This document shows, piece by piece, positions 35,694 to 45,362 of a DNA stretch of 64,000 nt; within the stretch, counting starts at the first letter, position 1, and every line of letters begins with the position of its first letter. The notes beneath the pieces are model-generated. The model had not been told where the DNA came from, searched no databases, and worked only from the letters and a program-made list of their open reading frames with translations. The position numbers were made by a program, and so were the translations under genes. The stretch spans positions 17,384 to 81,383 of IMG/VR virus record IMGVR_UViG_3300045988_118801; one strand, 5' to 3'. Source of the DNA: a virus.

Positions 35694-35930
35694 CATTAAG
35701 ACAAGACATAATGAGTGGCAAAAGTTTCAGTTACTTCGGTGCTATATGAATTTTAAACTGAATCTTAAATATCCCTCTTTTATAACGTAGTGAAAAAATG
35801 GGTTACTTCAAATTATTAAGTGTTTAGGTTCGAGTCCTAATACGGTTTATCCGTATTAGCAATTGGTAGCAAAACCCATTTTAAACTATCTCGTTAATCA
35901 AAGGATACCATTCGTGGTATCCTTTTTTTG
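35694..35930 (+). ncRNA. Structured RNA of about 240 nt with a T-loop-containing cloverleaf-like module (candidate Y RNA / YrlA-like partner of Ro60)
   Basis: No ORF is present. It is bounded by the promoter above and by a UUCG-capped terminator. A 10-bp helix (35795-35804 with 35873-35882) encloses three hairpins, including TTAGG-TTCGAGT-CCTAA (35824-35840). Confidence 0.55.
35902..35929 (+). terminator. Intrinsic terminator with UUCG tetraloop
   Basis: AGGATACCA-TTCG-TGGTATCCT followed by T7. Confidence 0.8.
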
Positions 35931-35957
35931 TTTATAAACATCTAAAACATTATAACT

Positions 35958-37343
35958 ATGAGTAAATTCAGCAAAAAAGAAAAATCAGTAAAAAACAGAG
36001 CTGGCGGTATCGCTTACAAAGAGAGTGAAAACATGGAACTTGTATCTATGCTATTGTGTTCTTTTATGAACGATAAATTCTATGAGAATACAAAAGATTT
36101 TGAATCAAGACTTGAAACATGTATAGAAAAGTGTGATAAGCTATTTGCGGCAAAAGCAATAGTATATGCCAGAAAAGAATTTGGAATGAGAAGTGTAACT
36201 CATGCAGCGGCTTCAATACTCGCCAAGCATGTGTCAGGTGAACCTTGGGCAAAATCATTCTATAATAATGTCGTTTATCGTTTGGATGATATTACTGAGA
36301 TAATGGCTTACCATTTTTCCAAACAGAATAAGCTATCAAGTGCTATGAAGCGTGGGTTTGCTATGGCTTTCAACAGATTTGACGAATACCAGATTGCAAA
36401 GTACAAAGGCAGTAATAACTCAATCAAGCTTGTCGATGCGGTAAATATGATTCACCCTAAAAAATCTGCAAAGAACGGAGATGCTATAGAAAAGCTGGTT
36501 AATGGAACTCTGAAATGCTCTGAAACATGGGAAAGCATGTTGTCTGATGCCGGCAACGACAAAGAAGCAAAAATAAAAGTATGGAAGAGCTTAATTTCTG
36601 AAAATAAGCTTGGATATATGGCACTACTTCGTAATGTGCGAAATATCGTATTGCTTGAAGACGATGAATTAAAAGCAATGTGCTATAAGGCACTTGTAAA
36701 CAAAGACGCTATCCATAAATCATTGGTTTTACCTTTCAGATTTTTGACTGCATACGAACAGTTATCATTTGATTCAGAGGCGATGTCATACATAAGTCAG
36801 GCTTGCGAAATTGCTTGCGACAATGTACCTAAACTTGATGGTAAAACTCTGGTTGCACTTGATGTAAGTGGTTCTATGTATCGTGTTTCAAAGATAGCTT
36901 CTTTATTTGCGGCAGCATTTGTTAAATCTAATCATTGTGACCTTGTTTCTTTCGATTATTCTGCCAGATACATAAATGTCAACTGGAATGACAGTTTGCT
37001 GACAATCCAAAGACAATTAAACTTCTGTGGTGGTGGAACAAATTTCCCTTCTATATTCAATGTTGCTAACAAGAAATACGATAGGGTTATCATTCTTTCG
37101 GATATGCAAAGCTGGATGAACAGACATTCCCCTAAACAAGCGTTTAAGTTTTATAAATCAAAATTCGGAATTAAAGACTGTAAGGTTTATTCAATAGACC
37201 TTCAAGGATATGGAACTTTACAGCTACCCCAAAAAGATGTATTCTGTCTTGCTGGCTTTAGCGAAAAAGTCTTTGACCTTATGAATCTAATAGAGCAGGG
37301 ATATAATGCTCTTATGGATAAAATCAATGAAATAACGCTGTAA
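35958..37343 (+). CDS. rsr: Ro60-related TROVE plus vWA protein (Rsr-like)
   Basis: VKNRAGGIAYKESENMELVSMLLCSFMNDKFYE, GYMALLRNVRNI, the MIDAS motif LVALDVSGSM, CGGGTNFPSIF and RVIILSDMQSW parallel Deinococcus Rsr as I remember it. Confidence 0.8.
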   Translation: MSKFSKKEKSVKNRAGGIAYKESENMELVSMLLCSFMNDKFYENTKDFESRLETCIEKCDKLFAAKAIVYARKEFGMRSVTHAAASILAKHVSGEPWAKSFYNNVVYRLDDITEIMAYHFSKQNKLSSAMKRGFAMAFNRFDEYQIAKYKGSNNSIKLVDAVNMIHPKKSAKNGDAIEKLVNGTLKCSETWESMLSDAGNDKEAKIKVWKSLISENKLGYMALLRNVRNIVLLEDDELKAMCYKALVNKDAIHKSLVLPFRFLTAYEQLSFDSEAMSYISQACEIACDNVPKLDGKTLVALDVSGSMYRVSKIASLFAAAFVKSNHCDLVSFDYSARYINVNWNDSLLTIQRQLNFCGGGTNFPSIFNVANKKYDRVIILSDMQSWMNRHSPKQAFKFYKSKFGIKDCKVYSIDLQGYGTLQLPQKDVFCLAGFSEKVFDLMNLIEQGYNALMDKINEITL

Positions 37344-37363
37344 ATCAAAAGATAAAGACTAAT

Positions 37364-37729
37364 ATGAATGTAAACTTGGATAAATTTGAAATGTACTACC
37401 TCTTGGAATCTTGCCTGAGAGGTAGTCACCTAAGAAGTGATGTAATTCTTAGATTTGTGGATGATTGGTATAAGTTGTTTACTCCTGACGAACGTGAATG
37501 TTTATATGATTGGGCTTTAAGGCTGATATATAACGGCGAATTTAAGCCATTTAACACAGCTTGTGGAGCTGACACAATCTTTATGGCAAGATATAATCCC
37601 GACAACAGATATAAAGTCACTATGATTGACGGTCAGGAAGTGGATGCGTTTCTTATGGATGATAAGTATTACATAAAGTCAAACAGATATTGCGAACCTA
37701 AGTTTATCAAAAAGATTGAGAAGATATGA
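37364..37729 (+). CDS. Hypothetical protein
   Basis: ORF track. Confidence 0.5.
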   Translation: MNVNLDKFEMYYLLESCLRGSHLRSDVILRFVDDWYKLFTPDERECLYDWALRLIYNGEFKPFNTACGADTIFMARYNPDNRYKVTMIDGQEVDAFLMDDKYYIKSNRYCEPKFIKKIEKI

Positions 37730-38157
37730 GCAAGAAAGAAGAAAAAGCAAAGGAAAGCATACACAAATACTTTATGTGTAAAAGTGAAAAGTATGGATGC
37801 AGAGAAAAAGAATATTGTCAGTTTTGTAATGGGAAAAATACGGTACATGATTGCGACGAAGATTGTCAAGCTGATATTTATAACGAAGGTTTTTATGCAG
37901 GTTGGGATGAAGCTTTGAAAAATATATTAGTTGATGCTTCAAAAGAATTACCTGAATATGATATTGATGTTTGGGTGATTAATGAAGAAGGAGAGCAATT
38001 TTATTGCCATAGAAGTAAAAACAAAAGAGTGAAAGCATACAAAGATGAATGGTGCAATTATACTGGCTCTGATATTATTGCTTGGATTAGACCTATTTCA
38101 TTTGAAGAAATACTTAAATTGAATAAGGATGTTTTGGAAAGATTAAAAGATAAGTAA
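37726..38157 (+). CDS. Hypothetical Cys-rich protein
   Basis: ORF track; 4-nt overlap with the upstream gene. Confidence 0.5.
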   Translation: MSKKEEKAKESIHKYFMCKSEKYGCREKEYCQFCNGKNTVHDCDEDCQADIYNEGFYAGWDEALKNILVDASKELPEYDIDVWVINEEGEQFYCHRSKNKRVKAYKDEWCNYTGSDIIAWIRPISFEEILKLNKDVLERLKDK

Positions 38158-38163
38158 TTATAG

Positions 38164-38190
38164 TAGGCGGTAGAAATATCGCCTATTTTA
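38164..38190 (+). terminator. Intrinsic terminator
   Basis: TAGGCG (38164-38169) pairs with CGCCTA (38180-38185), followed by TTTT. Confidence 0.6.
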
Positions 38191-38211
38191 ATGTTATTTA
38201 ACTATATAAAA

Positions 38212-38242
38212 TTGTATAATGCATCTTCATATCGTATATTTG
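38212..38242 (+). promoter_or_regulatory. Probable promoter (ATTG-N20-TATATTTG)
   Basis: TATATTTG at 38235-38242 lies inside the 5' end of the track ORF. This argues for the downstream ATG at 38267. Confidence 0.45.
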
Positions 38243-38266
38243 TATCAAACATTAAAATATAATGAT

Positions 38267-38950
38267 ATGACAGGTATTTATATGATTACAGTTAAAGATG
38301 TGTATGCTTACATCGGTCAATCAGTTGATATTGATAACAGACTAAAAAAGCACAAAAGAGATATAGAGAATAAGTGTCATCCCAATATGGATAATGTAGG
38401 AGATTATTCTTTATCAGATTGCAAGTTTTCTGTTTTGACGGAATGTAAAAGCGAAGAATTAAATGATATGGAATTAGAAATGTATGAGAAATACTCTACT
38501 TCATACATAATGCTAAACAAAAGAGTGTGTGGAATACAAGGAGTAGTTGGTGAATCTTTAGTATTCTACAATGGTAAAAATCCAAATCTAAATTACAATA
38601 ATGGAAGTTTTTATATAGAGGATATAAAAATAAATTCCACTGATAATATGTATTGCTTATCTGATTTAGTATTGTATATCAGAAACCATACAGACTATGA
38701 CTTCAAGCTAAATGGAGTGCTTGTTAACAATGGTTTTATAGATAGAATTAACGCATTATGCGGATTGGCAATACCGAAAACAAGAAACACCGCTAAATAT
38801 TTAAAGGAAGCTGGAATTTATAAAGTTATAGGAGCAAGAGAAAACAAAAAAATATATTGCAGTTTTGAGGTTTTTGTAACATTTGCTTTTTATAGCTGCC
38901 CTCAATTTGCTGCTTCTATTTGTATTATGATTGGAGATAAATTAAAGTAA
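38267..38950 (+). CDS. GIY-YIG domain endonuclease-like protein (free-standing homing-endonuclease candidate)
   Basis: MTGIYMITVKDVYAYIGQSVDIDNRLKKHKRD ... ELEMYEK. Confidence 0.6.
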   Translation: MTGIYMITVKDVYAYIGQSVDIDNRLKKHKRDIENKCHPNMDNVGDYSLSDCKFSVLTECKSEELNDMELEMYEKYSTSYIMLNKRVCGIQGVVGESLVFYNGKNPNLNYNNGSFYIEDIKINSTDNMYCLSDLVLYIRNHTDYDFKLNGVLVNNGFIDRINALCGLAIPKTRNTAKYLKEAGIYKVIGARENKKIYCSFEVFVTFAFYSCPQFAASICIMIGDKLK

Positions 38951-38952
38951 CC

Positions 38953-39813
38953 ATGGAACATCAATTTTGCATAGAATTAGCTTCCTCTTACGGAATAGAG
39001 GAGGCTATCATAATACACAATCTGTATTTTTGGATAAAGAAAAATGTAGCAAATGGGAGTAATTTCCACGATGGTAGATATTGGACTTACAATTCGAGTA
39101 AGGCATTTTCTATATTATTCCCATATATGACTGAATCTAAAATATATAGAGTGCTTAAATCTCTTGAAGAAAAAGGACTTATAGTTAAAGGCAATTATAA
39201 TGATACAAAGTATGATAGAACAACATGGTACTCTTTATCTGATAAAGCCTTAGAAGAATTAAATGTATTAAAATATGACACTAACGGATTTTCAGAAAGC
39301 ATTTTACGAAAAGAAGAAAAGGATTTTGCAAAAATGCAAAATGGAATATACGAAAGTGAAGAACCTATACCATATAGTAAACATACAGATAGTAATACAG
39401 ATAAAAAAGAAGATACTATCGTATCTAAGAAAGATGATTTGGACTATGATTTAATACTTAATTCTTGGAATAACATTGCTGATATTGCTGTTGGAGTTAG
39501 TAAAGTCAAAAGCATAACAGACGATAGAAAAAAAATAATCAAAAGACTTATCACCAAATGCAAGACAAGCGTTGAAGAAATAGTGAAACTTATAAATACT
39601 ATTCCTTATGCCGATGATTGGGTTTTAGGTAAAGGTGGTAAAGACTGGACTATAAACTTTGACTTCCTTATGAAAAACACAAGTAATTGGTATGTCAGAG
39701 CTTTAGAGGGTGATATGCACAGAAAAAACAGATACGAATTTGATAAGATTATGAACGGAGAATGTTTATCTTTGCATACAGAAAATAGTGATACTCCTAA
39801 ATTTCAATTCTAA
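38953..39813 (+). CDS. Replication-organiser-like protein (winged-helix N-terminus, DnaD-like)
   Basis: IIIHNLYFWIKKN...SKIYRVLKSLEEKGLIVKG...TTWYSL. The gene lies directly upstream of the primase-helicase. Confidence 0.4.
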   Translation: MEHQFCIELASSYGIEEAIIIHNLYFWIKKNVANGSNFHDGRYWTYNSSKAFSILFPYMTESKIYRVLKSLEEKGLIVKGNYNDTKYDRTTWYSLSDKALEELNVLKYDTNGFSESILRKEEKDFAKMQNGIYESEEPIPYSKHTDSNTDKKEDTIVSKKDDLDYDLILNSWNNIADIAVGVSKVKSITDDRKKIIKRLITKCKTSVEEIVKLINTIPYADDWVLGKGGKDWTINFDFLMKNTSNWYVRALEGDMHRKNRYEFDKIMNGECLSLHTENSDTPKFQF

Positions 39814-39815
39814 AT

Positions 39816-41978
39816 ATGATTGATAAAAGTGAAATATACAAATGGTGGAAACTTTTTAAGGACGAAAAAGACCTTGTTGAAATTCGTATTCTTGGGAAAA
39901 GGTCATTTAGCGGATATTACAAGAACATAGACAATCTTATTCGTGATGTTGAGAAGTTTGACAATGACCCTGAACTGCAAATTTACTACACCTTAAATTA
40001 TATCAATGACGGATGCTACGGAAGAGCGCAAAACGAAAAGATTGCAATGTCGCCTAAAAGCACTACAAACGACACTGATATTATTGGAAGAAAGTTTGTG
40101 CTAATTGATTTAGACCCGAAAAGAACAACAAACGTAAATTCAAGCAATGAAGAATTGCAGTTAGCTAGACAGAAAGCGGCTGATATTTATAAGTTTCTTT
40201 TGGCTAACGGATTTAACGATCCGATAGTTTGTTGCAGCGGTAACGGTTTTCATCTCAACATACCATGCCGTATTGGTGTATCAGAAGAAACAGATAACCT
40301 TATAAAGCGTTTCTTACTTGCACTGTCAATGCTTTTTTCGGACGATAAGGTAGAGGTTGATGAAAAGGTATTCAACAGGGCAAGAATCAGTAAATTGTAC
40401 GGTACTACCGCTAAAAAAGGGGCTAACATTCCTGAAAGACCGTGGAGAATGAGTAATATTCTTAAATATCCTGACGAAATAAAGCCAGTAGACATTGAGT
40501 ATTTTAAGAAGATTGCTGATATGTATCCCGAAGATGAAATAAAACCTTCTTCGGATAATAATTACTCAAAAGAGAAATTTGATTTAGTTTCTTTCTTGGA
40601 TAAGCATGATATAAAATATCGTGTTCAGTCTATTGCCGGAGGAAGAAAGTATATTCTTGAACATTGTGTTTTTAACCCCGACCATAAAAATAAGGATGCT
40701 GTAATATTTCAAAGGGATAACGGTGCTATAAGTTACGTTTGTTTACACAATTCGTGCAGCCACTATACTTGGAAGGATGTCAGGCTTAAATTTGAACCTA
40801 ATGCCTATGATAAAAAAGACTACAAGGAATTTCAATACAAACAAAGATATTACGGTCAGATAGAAGTCCCATTTGAGCCTATAAAGGAAACCGAAGAAAA
40901 AGGCAAGAAATGGTTGTCTTTCAAGGATATTAAGACTACAAAAATTAGCGATGTGACTGCAATACCTACTGGGTTTACAGTTTTAGACAGAGCTATAAAA
41001 GGATTGCTTTTAGGGGAGGTAACTTTGTTGTCGGGCATTAATGGTAGCGGAAAGTCTAGTTTGCTTAACATAGTAATGATAAACGCTATTCAAAGAGGTT
41101 TTAAAACGGCTTGTTTTTCGGGGGAACTTACACCTGAAAATATGAAAAGGTGGATGTTTCTTCCAACGGCAGGTAAGCAATACTCCATAAAAGACCCTAA
41201 CCACGACAATGTTTATGATGTAGATGATAGAGTAGTTGAAAAGATTGAAGATTGGTTTGAGGGAAAGTTTTTCCTTTTCAATAATGATTATGGCAATAGA
41301 TATGAGCAAATATTGTCTGATATTAAAGAGATTATAATCGAAAAAGGTGTAAGGTTTCTTGTTATAGACAACCTTATGGCTGTAAATCTTGGTGAAAAGG
41401 GAGATAAAAACGACAGACAAAAGAATTTTATCCTTGAAGTTGTGGAAATGGCTAAAAAGTATCAGGTACATATAATTATTGTCGCACATCCTAGAAAAGA
41501 GAGTGGTAACCAAACTCTTCTTAGAAAAGAATCCATCAGTGGCTCTAGTGACCTCGGTAATGCTGTACAGAATATAGCTATCGTTCATCGTGTAGGAGAG
41601 GATTTTGTAAAACGAGCAAGTGAGTTTTTTGGGAAACAGAAAGTCGAGAAATATATGGAGTATAGTAATGTGCTAGAATTATGCAAAAATCGCTCCATGG
41701 GAGTTGTTGATTTTCTTGTGGGAATGTACTTTGAACCCGAAACAAGGAGGTTTAAGAACTACCAAGCTGAATGTCTGCATTACGGTTGGGAAGAACAGCC
41801 ATCGCAAGGGTATTTAAGATACATGGAGAATCAGAAAGTAAACGATTATCTCAATAGAAACAACTCTGATTATGAAAGAGTATCTCCCGACTTGCAATCA
41901 TTCCAGCAGCAATACGACAATGCAAGTAGTAATTTGCCTTTTGGTTATACGATAGAAAAAGGAGAAATACCATTTTAG
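39816..41978 (+). CDS. Bifunctional primase-polymerase / RecA-type (DnaB/RepA-like) helicase
   Basis: Prim-pol motifs FVLIDLDPK and CSGNGFHL, zinc motif CVFNPDH...CLHNSC, Walker A GINGSGKSS and Walker B FLVIDNL. Confidence 0.8.
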   Translation: MIDKSEIYKWWKLFKDEKDLVEIRILGKRSFSGYYKNIDNLIRDVEKFDNDPELQIYYTLNYINDGCYGRAQNEKIAMSPKSTTNDTDIIGRKFVLIDLDPKRTTNVNSSNEELQLARQKAADIYKFLLANGFNDPIVCCSGNGFHLNIPCRIGVSEETDNLIKRFLLALSMLFSDDKVEVDEKVFNRARISKLYGTTAKKGANIPERPWRMSNILKYPDEIKPVDIEYFKKIADMYPEDEIKPSSDNNYSKEKFDLVSFLDKHDIKYRVQSIAGGRKYILEHCVFNPDHKNKDAVIFQRDNGAISYVCLHNSCSHYTWKDVRLKFEPNAYDKKDYKEFQYKQRYYGQIEVPFEPIKETEEKGKKWLSFKDIKTTKISDVTAIPTGFTVLDRAIKGLLLGEVTLLSGINGSGKSSLLNIVMINAIQRGFKTACFSGELTPENMKRWMFLPTAGKQYSIKDPNHDNVYDVDDRVVEKIEDWFEGKFFLFNNDYGNRYEQILSDIKEIIIEKGVRFLVIDNLMAVNLGEKGDKNDRQKNFILEVVEMAKKYQVHIIIVAHPRKESGNQTLLRKESISGSSDLGNAVQNIAIVHRVGEDFVKRASEFFGKQKVEKYMEYSNVLELCKNRSMGVVDFLVGMYFEPETRRFKNYQAECLHYGWEEQPSQGYLRYMENQKVNDYLNRNNSDYERVSPDLQSFQQQYDNASSNLPFGYTIEKGEIPF

Positions 41979-41979
41979 T

Positions 41980-42114
41980 ATGAAAGAAAGTTATGTAAAA
42001 TTTGGAAAGATTACATGTCTTTACTATGAGAAGGGCAAATGTATCAAGGAAAAGAAGAATTGTGACGGAGAATGTCAGGAGTTAATTGATTTTTTAAAGA
42101 GCTTGAAGTTATGA
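41980..42114 (+). CDS. Small Cys-containing protein (44 aa)
   Basis: The ATG is 2 nt after the helicase stop, and there is an ATGA overlap with the next gene. Confidence 0.35.
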   Translation: MKESYVKFGKITCLYYEKGKCIKEKKNCDGECQELIDFLKSLKL

Positions 42115-42365
42115 AAGAATACTTAATAAAGTTATGTCATGGAGATTTTATTTATGCAAAATATGTATATAAAAGTTGTTTTGTTAAAATAGAAATGTCA
42201 GAAGATGAAAAAAAAGATTTTCATGAAAGATGTAATCAAGGTGAAGAAATGTATGTTGTTTTTGCGGGTAGAAATGAAAGGATTAGATTTAAAATTAAAA
42301 AACATATTCCTTTTTTGACTAACTCTTATAAAAGTCATGTTGTTGTTGAATTGATAAAAGAATAA
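42111..42365 (+). CDS. Hypothetical protein
   Basis: ORF track. Confidence 0.45.
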   Translation: MKEYLIKLCHGDFIYAKYVYKSCFVKIEMSEDEKKDFHERCNQGEEMYVVFAGRNERIRFKIKKHIPFLTNSYKSHVVVELIKE

Positions 42366-42369
42366 AATT

Positions 42370-43143
42370 ATGGAAGATATAAAGTTATGGCATGGTGATT
42401 GTCTTGAAGAAATGAAGAAAATAGCGGATAAGTCGGTAGATTGCATTATTTGCGATTTACCCTACGGTACTACCGCTAATAAATGGGATGTTATTATACC
42501 TTTCGAAGAACTTTGGAAAGAATATAAAAGGATTATCAAGGATAACGGAGCAATAGTTTTATTTGCAAACGAACCTTTTGCTTCTTATTTAAGACTTTCA
42601 AATATAGAATGGTATAAATATGATTGGGTTTGGGACAAGAAACATACTACAAATCAATTAAACGCTAAAAAACAGCCACTTCGTCAGCATGAATTGATAT
42701 GTGTTTTTTATAAAAGGCAATGTTTATACAATCCAATTATGCACGAGAATAGGCTTAAAAGGTCTTTTATAGGTAAAATAAATAAATCTCAAAAAATGAG
42801 TGATAATTACGGAAAACAATATGACTATATATCCAACATATCTAACAAAAGTAAATCATATCCAAGAAGTATTATTTCTCAAACATCTGTCGTGGGGAAC
42901 TCAAAAGAAAAAGTTTCACATCCCACTCAAAAACCTACTGCTTTAATCGAATATCTAATAAACACTTATTCTAATGAAGGCGATTTAATTCTTGACAACA
43001 CAGCAGGAAGTATGACAACCGCCATTGCGGCTATCAACACTAATAGAAAGTGTATCTGTATAGAAAAGGATGATAAATATTTTGAGATAGGTAGTGAGAG
43101 AGTGAGAAAATATTTAGAGAATAAACAACTTAATTTATTTTGA
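42370..43143 (+). CDS. DNA methyltransferase, N6-adenine/N4-cytosine (beta class)
   Basis: The N-terminal SVDCIICDLPYG (DPPY-type motif IV) precedes HPTQKP and the SAM-binding region LILDNTAGSMTT. Confidence 0.85.
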   Translation: MEDIKLWHGDCLEEMKKIADKSVDCIICDLPYGTTANKWDVIIPFEELWKEYKRIIKDNGAIVLFANEPFASYLRLSNIEWYKYDWVWDKKHTTNQLNAKKQPLRQHELICVFYKRQCLYNPIMHENRLKRSFIGKINKSQKMSDNYGKQYDYISNISNKSKSYPRSIISQTSVVGNSKEKVSHPTQKPTALIEYLINTYSNEGDLILDNTAGSMTTAIAAINTNRKCICIEKDDKYFEIGSERVRKYLENKQLNLF

Positions 43144-43147
43144 AGCT

Positions 43148-43342
43148 ATGAGAAAGTATTATTATTACGTTTACAGAGTTGACGGTAGATTTGGCAATGG
43201 AATATGCTATTCAGATAGCGGAGAGTTTGAGTTATTAGGGATGATGGAGATATTGAAAGAACAGAATAAGGCAGATTGTATTATTACCTTTTGGCACGAA
43301 ATATCTTCAAGTCAATACCAAAAACTATTTGAAATGTTTTGA
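43148..43342 (+). CDS. Small hypothetical protein
   Basis: ORF track. Confidence 0.4.
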   Translation: MRKYYYYVYRVDGRFGNGICYSDSGEFELLGMMEILKEQNKADCIITFWHEISSSQYQKLFEMF

Positions 43343-43388
43343 AAATCAAAGTAAATAGCTTATTTTTGTAAAAGTAAACTTTATTTTT

Positions 43389-43892
43389 ATGGAAATAGAT
43401 TTAAAGAAATACAGAGAAAACGCAAGGATTCACAATCTTTGTTCCGAGTATTCGGAGATTTGGGACAGATGTAAAAGTGACAAGCAGATTATGGATATGG
43501 CTTTAGGTTCTAAAGGTCTTGACTATATCTGTGATACAATAGCAAAAGGATGGGGCATAAGTCCCGGTATTATATGCGGCAGATTTGCAAGATTTATCAA
43601 CGGTGGATATGTTGCTAGTCTTAACGGATATAATTCAAAATTGTACTGTCACTACAACGGAGAAATAGAAGCTGACACTACTATCATGGGAATCATTGAA
43701 TCAGATGTTACTATCAATGTTTCTTCTTTCAAGATTTGCGATATATATGTGACTGGCAAATGTCATATAAATGTAAAAGGCGAAGGCTCTATAGTTCTCG
43801 TATGCTATGGAAATCCCGAAGATATAACTGTGAGTGGGACTTGCGGAAATTTGAAACGTATCAATAAGAAAGGAAGGGACAGATATGAATGA
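43389..43892 (+). CDS. Hypothetical protein
   Basis: ORF track. Confidence 0.5.
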   Translation: MEIDLKKYRENARIHNLCSEYSEIWDRCKSDKQIMDMALGSKGLDYICDTIAKGWGISPGIICGRFARFINGGYVASLNGYNSKLYCHYNGEIEADTTIMGIIESDVTINVSSFKICDIYVTGKCHINVKGEGSIVLVCYGNPEDITVSGTCGNLKRINKKGRDRYE

Positions 43893-44343
43893 GGACTATA
43901 AGTTTTATATGTCAAGATACATAAATGACGAAGAAGGATGGGAAGCGGAAGTAGAACTTACCGAAAAGTTTAAGGGACTTATATTTTGTCAGGTTGAAGG
44001 ATTGAGCAGTTACGGAAAAGTAAAAAATATATACACAGAATCATTTGCTGAATCAGATACGTTGAGAGTGTATTTGCCTGAAAAGGTGACAAGAGAAAGC
44101 ACGGATATAAAGCTGACGGTTGTATTCTCCGACAAAGACAGACGAGATGTGTATGACAGCTTTGTTGATTATGTCACAGGGTATAAGTTGAAATATTGGG
44201 ACACAATAAGAAACCGAGAAGTTATTCTCTTGCAGACTGACAAAATAGAAGTAGAAGAGGATATTATTTACGGAAGTGCACCATATATTGCGGTTGAATT
44301 TCCGTTCAAGAACATTAAAGGTCAAACAATTAAACATGTATAA
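43885..44343 (+). CDS. Hypothetical protein
   Basis: ORF track; 8-nt overlap with the upstream gene. Confidence 0.5.
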   Translation: MNEDYKFYMSRYINDEEGWEAEVELTEKFKGLIFCQVEGLSSYGKVKNIYTESFAESDTLRVYLPEKVTRESTDIKLTVVFSDKDRRDVYDSFVDYVTGYKLKYWDTIRNREVILLQTDKIEVEEDIIYGSAPYIAVEFPFKNIKGQTIKHV

Positions 44344-44346
44344 TTT

Positions 44347-44826
44347 ATGAAACCACAAGTAGAAGTAACATTAGATTTAGGTATTGAAAAAGTAGTATTG
44401 AACTTTACAGACACAGACGATATTGACCGTCTGATTGAAGTTTTGAACAACACACGTACGGAGTTGGAACGTCTGATTGAGATGAAGCGCATCAAGAACA
44501 GAGAAAAGCGCAAACGTAGAAAAGGAAGAATTGATTTTGATAAACCAAATGTAAAACAAGGTTTGGATGAATCGTGCGCTATTCCTGATGGTTTGAGTGA
44601 GGCTATGCGTAAGGTTTTCCTTGAAATTTCAAAGAAGATGAAAGAAGATATTCTCAAAAGGGAGGTAAAAAGAAATCCTGACGCAGAAAAAGAAGAACAG
44701 CTTTATAATGATATTATGAAGCATTATGATGAGCTTGATGATTTTACCAAGTCTATTATGCGTCCTATTATTGAGCAAGTAGAAGATGCTCATAAGAAAT
44801 TCTGCGAATCTAAAAAGAATGACTAA
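44347..44826 (+). CDS. Hypothetical charged protein
   Basis: ORF track. Confidence 0.5.
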   Translation: MKPQVEVTLDLGIEKVVLNFTDTDDIDRLIEVLNNTRTELERLIEMKRIKNREKRKRRKGRIDFDKPNVKQGLDESCAIPDGLSEAMRKVFLEISKKMKEDILKREVKRNPDAEKEEQLYNDIMKHYDELDDFTKSIMRPIIEQVEDAHKKFCESKKND

Positions 44827-45352
44827 ATACGTTCCATACATAGTAATAGCCGTATTGTTGGTGTCTTTGTTAGTTTCATTAACCAACAGAAAGGAGGTGG
44901 TAATAGAGAAGATTACCAGCGATACGGTTTATTTCGTAAAATTAGATACGTATAAGGTCAAAAAACCGATTTTTATTACGAAAAGGGTAGTTGATACCAT
45001 TTACGTAAAAACTAACAAAAATGGCGATATACTATTACCGATTACACAGAAGTATTACAAGGACAGTCTTTACGAAGCATGGGTAAGCGGATTTAATGCA
45101 AGTTTGGATAGTATTAATATTTACAATAAGACTAAATTTGTAACGATTACAAATACTGTGAATAGAGAAATATATCCTAAACGGACTGACTTTTATTTGG
45201 ACGGAGGTATGTTGTACATGAATGAGAAGTTTGCTCCTAATATCGGTGCTAGTATAAAATTCAGAAATGACATGACATTGAGAGGCGGTATAGGTTACTA
45301 CGACAAGAATTTATACTATATGTTTAACGTAGGATTTAAATTAAATAAATAA
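44819..45352 (+). CDS. Membrane-anchored protein with beta-barrel-like C-terminus
   Basis: The ATG at 44819 overlaps the upstream stop. An N-terminal TM helix is followed by a C-terminal ...GGIGYYDKNLYYMFNVGFKLNK. Confidence 0.45.
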   Translation: MTKYVPYIVIAVLLVSLLVSLTNRKEVVIEKITSDTVYFVKLDTYKVKKPIFITKRVVDTIYVKTNKNGDILLPITQKYYKDSLYEAWVSGFNASLDSINIYNKTKFVTITNTVNREIYPKRTDFYLDGGMLYMNEKFAPNIGASIKFRNDMTLRGGIGYYDKNLYYMFNVGFKLNK

Positions 45353-45362
45353 ACGTATTTTT

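Noticed and set aside
35781-35850. Canonical tRNA gene around the TTAGG-TTCGAGT-CCTAA T-arm upstream of Ro60.
   Set aside because: The sequence after the T-arm (TACGGTT) has no complementary 5' acceptor strand at the right distance. The adjacent hairpin has a 9-nt loop with no variable region. It is better described as a tRNA-like module of a longer RNA.
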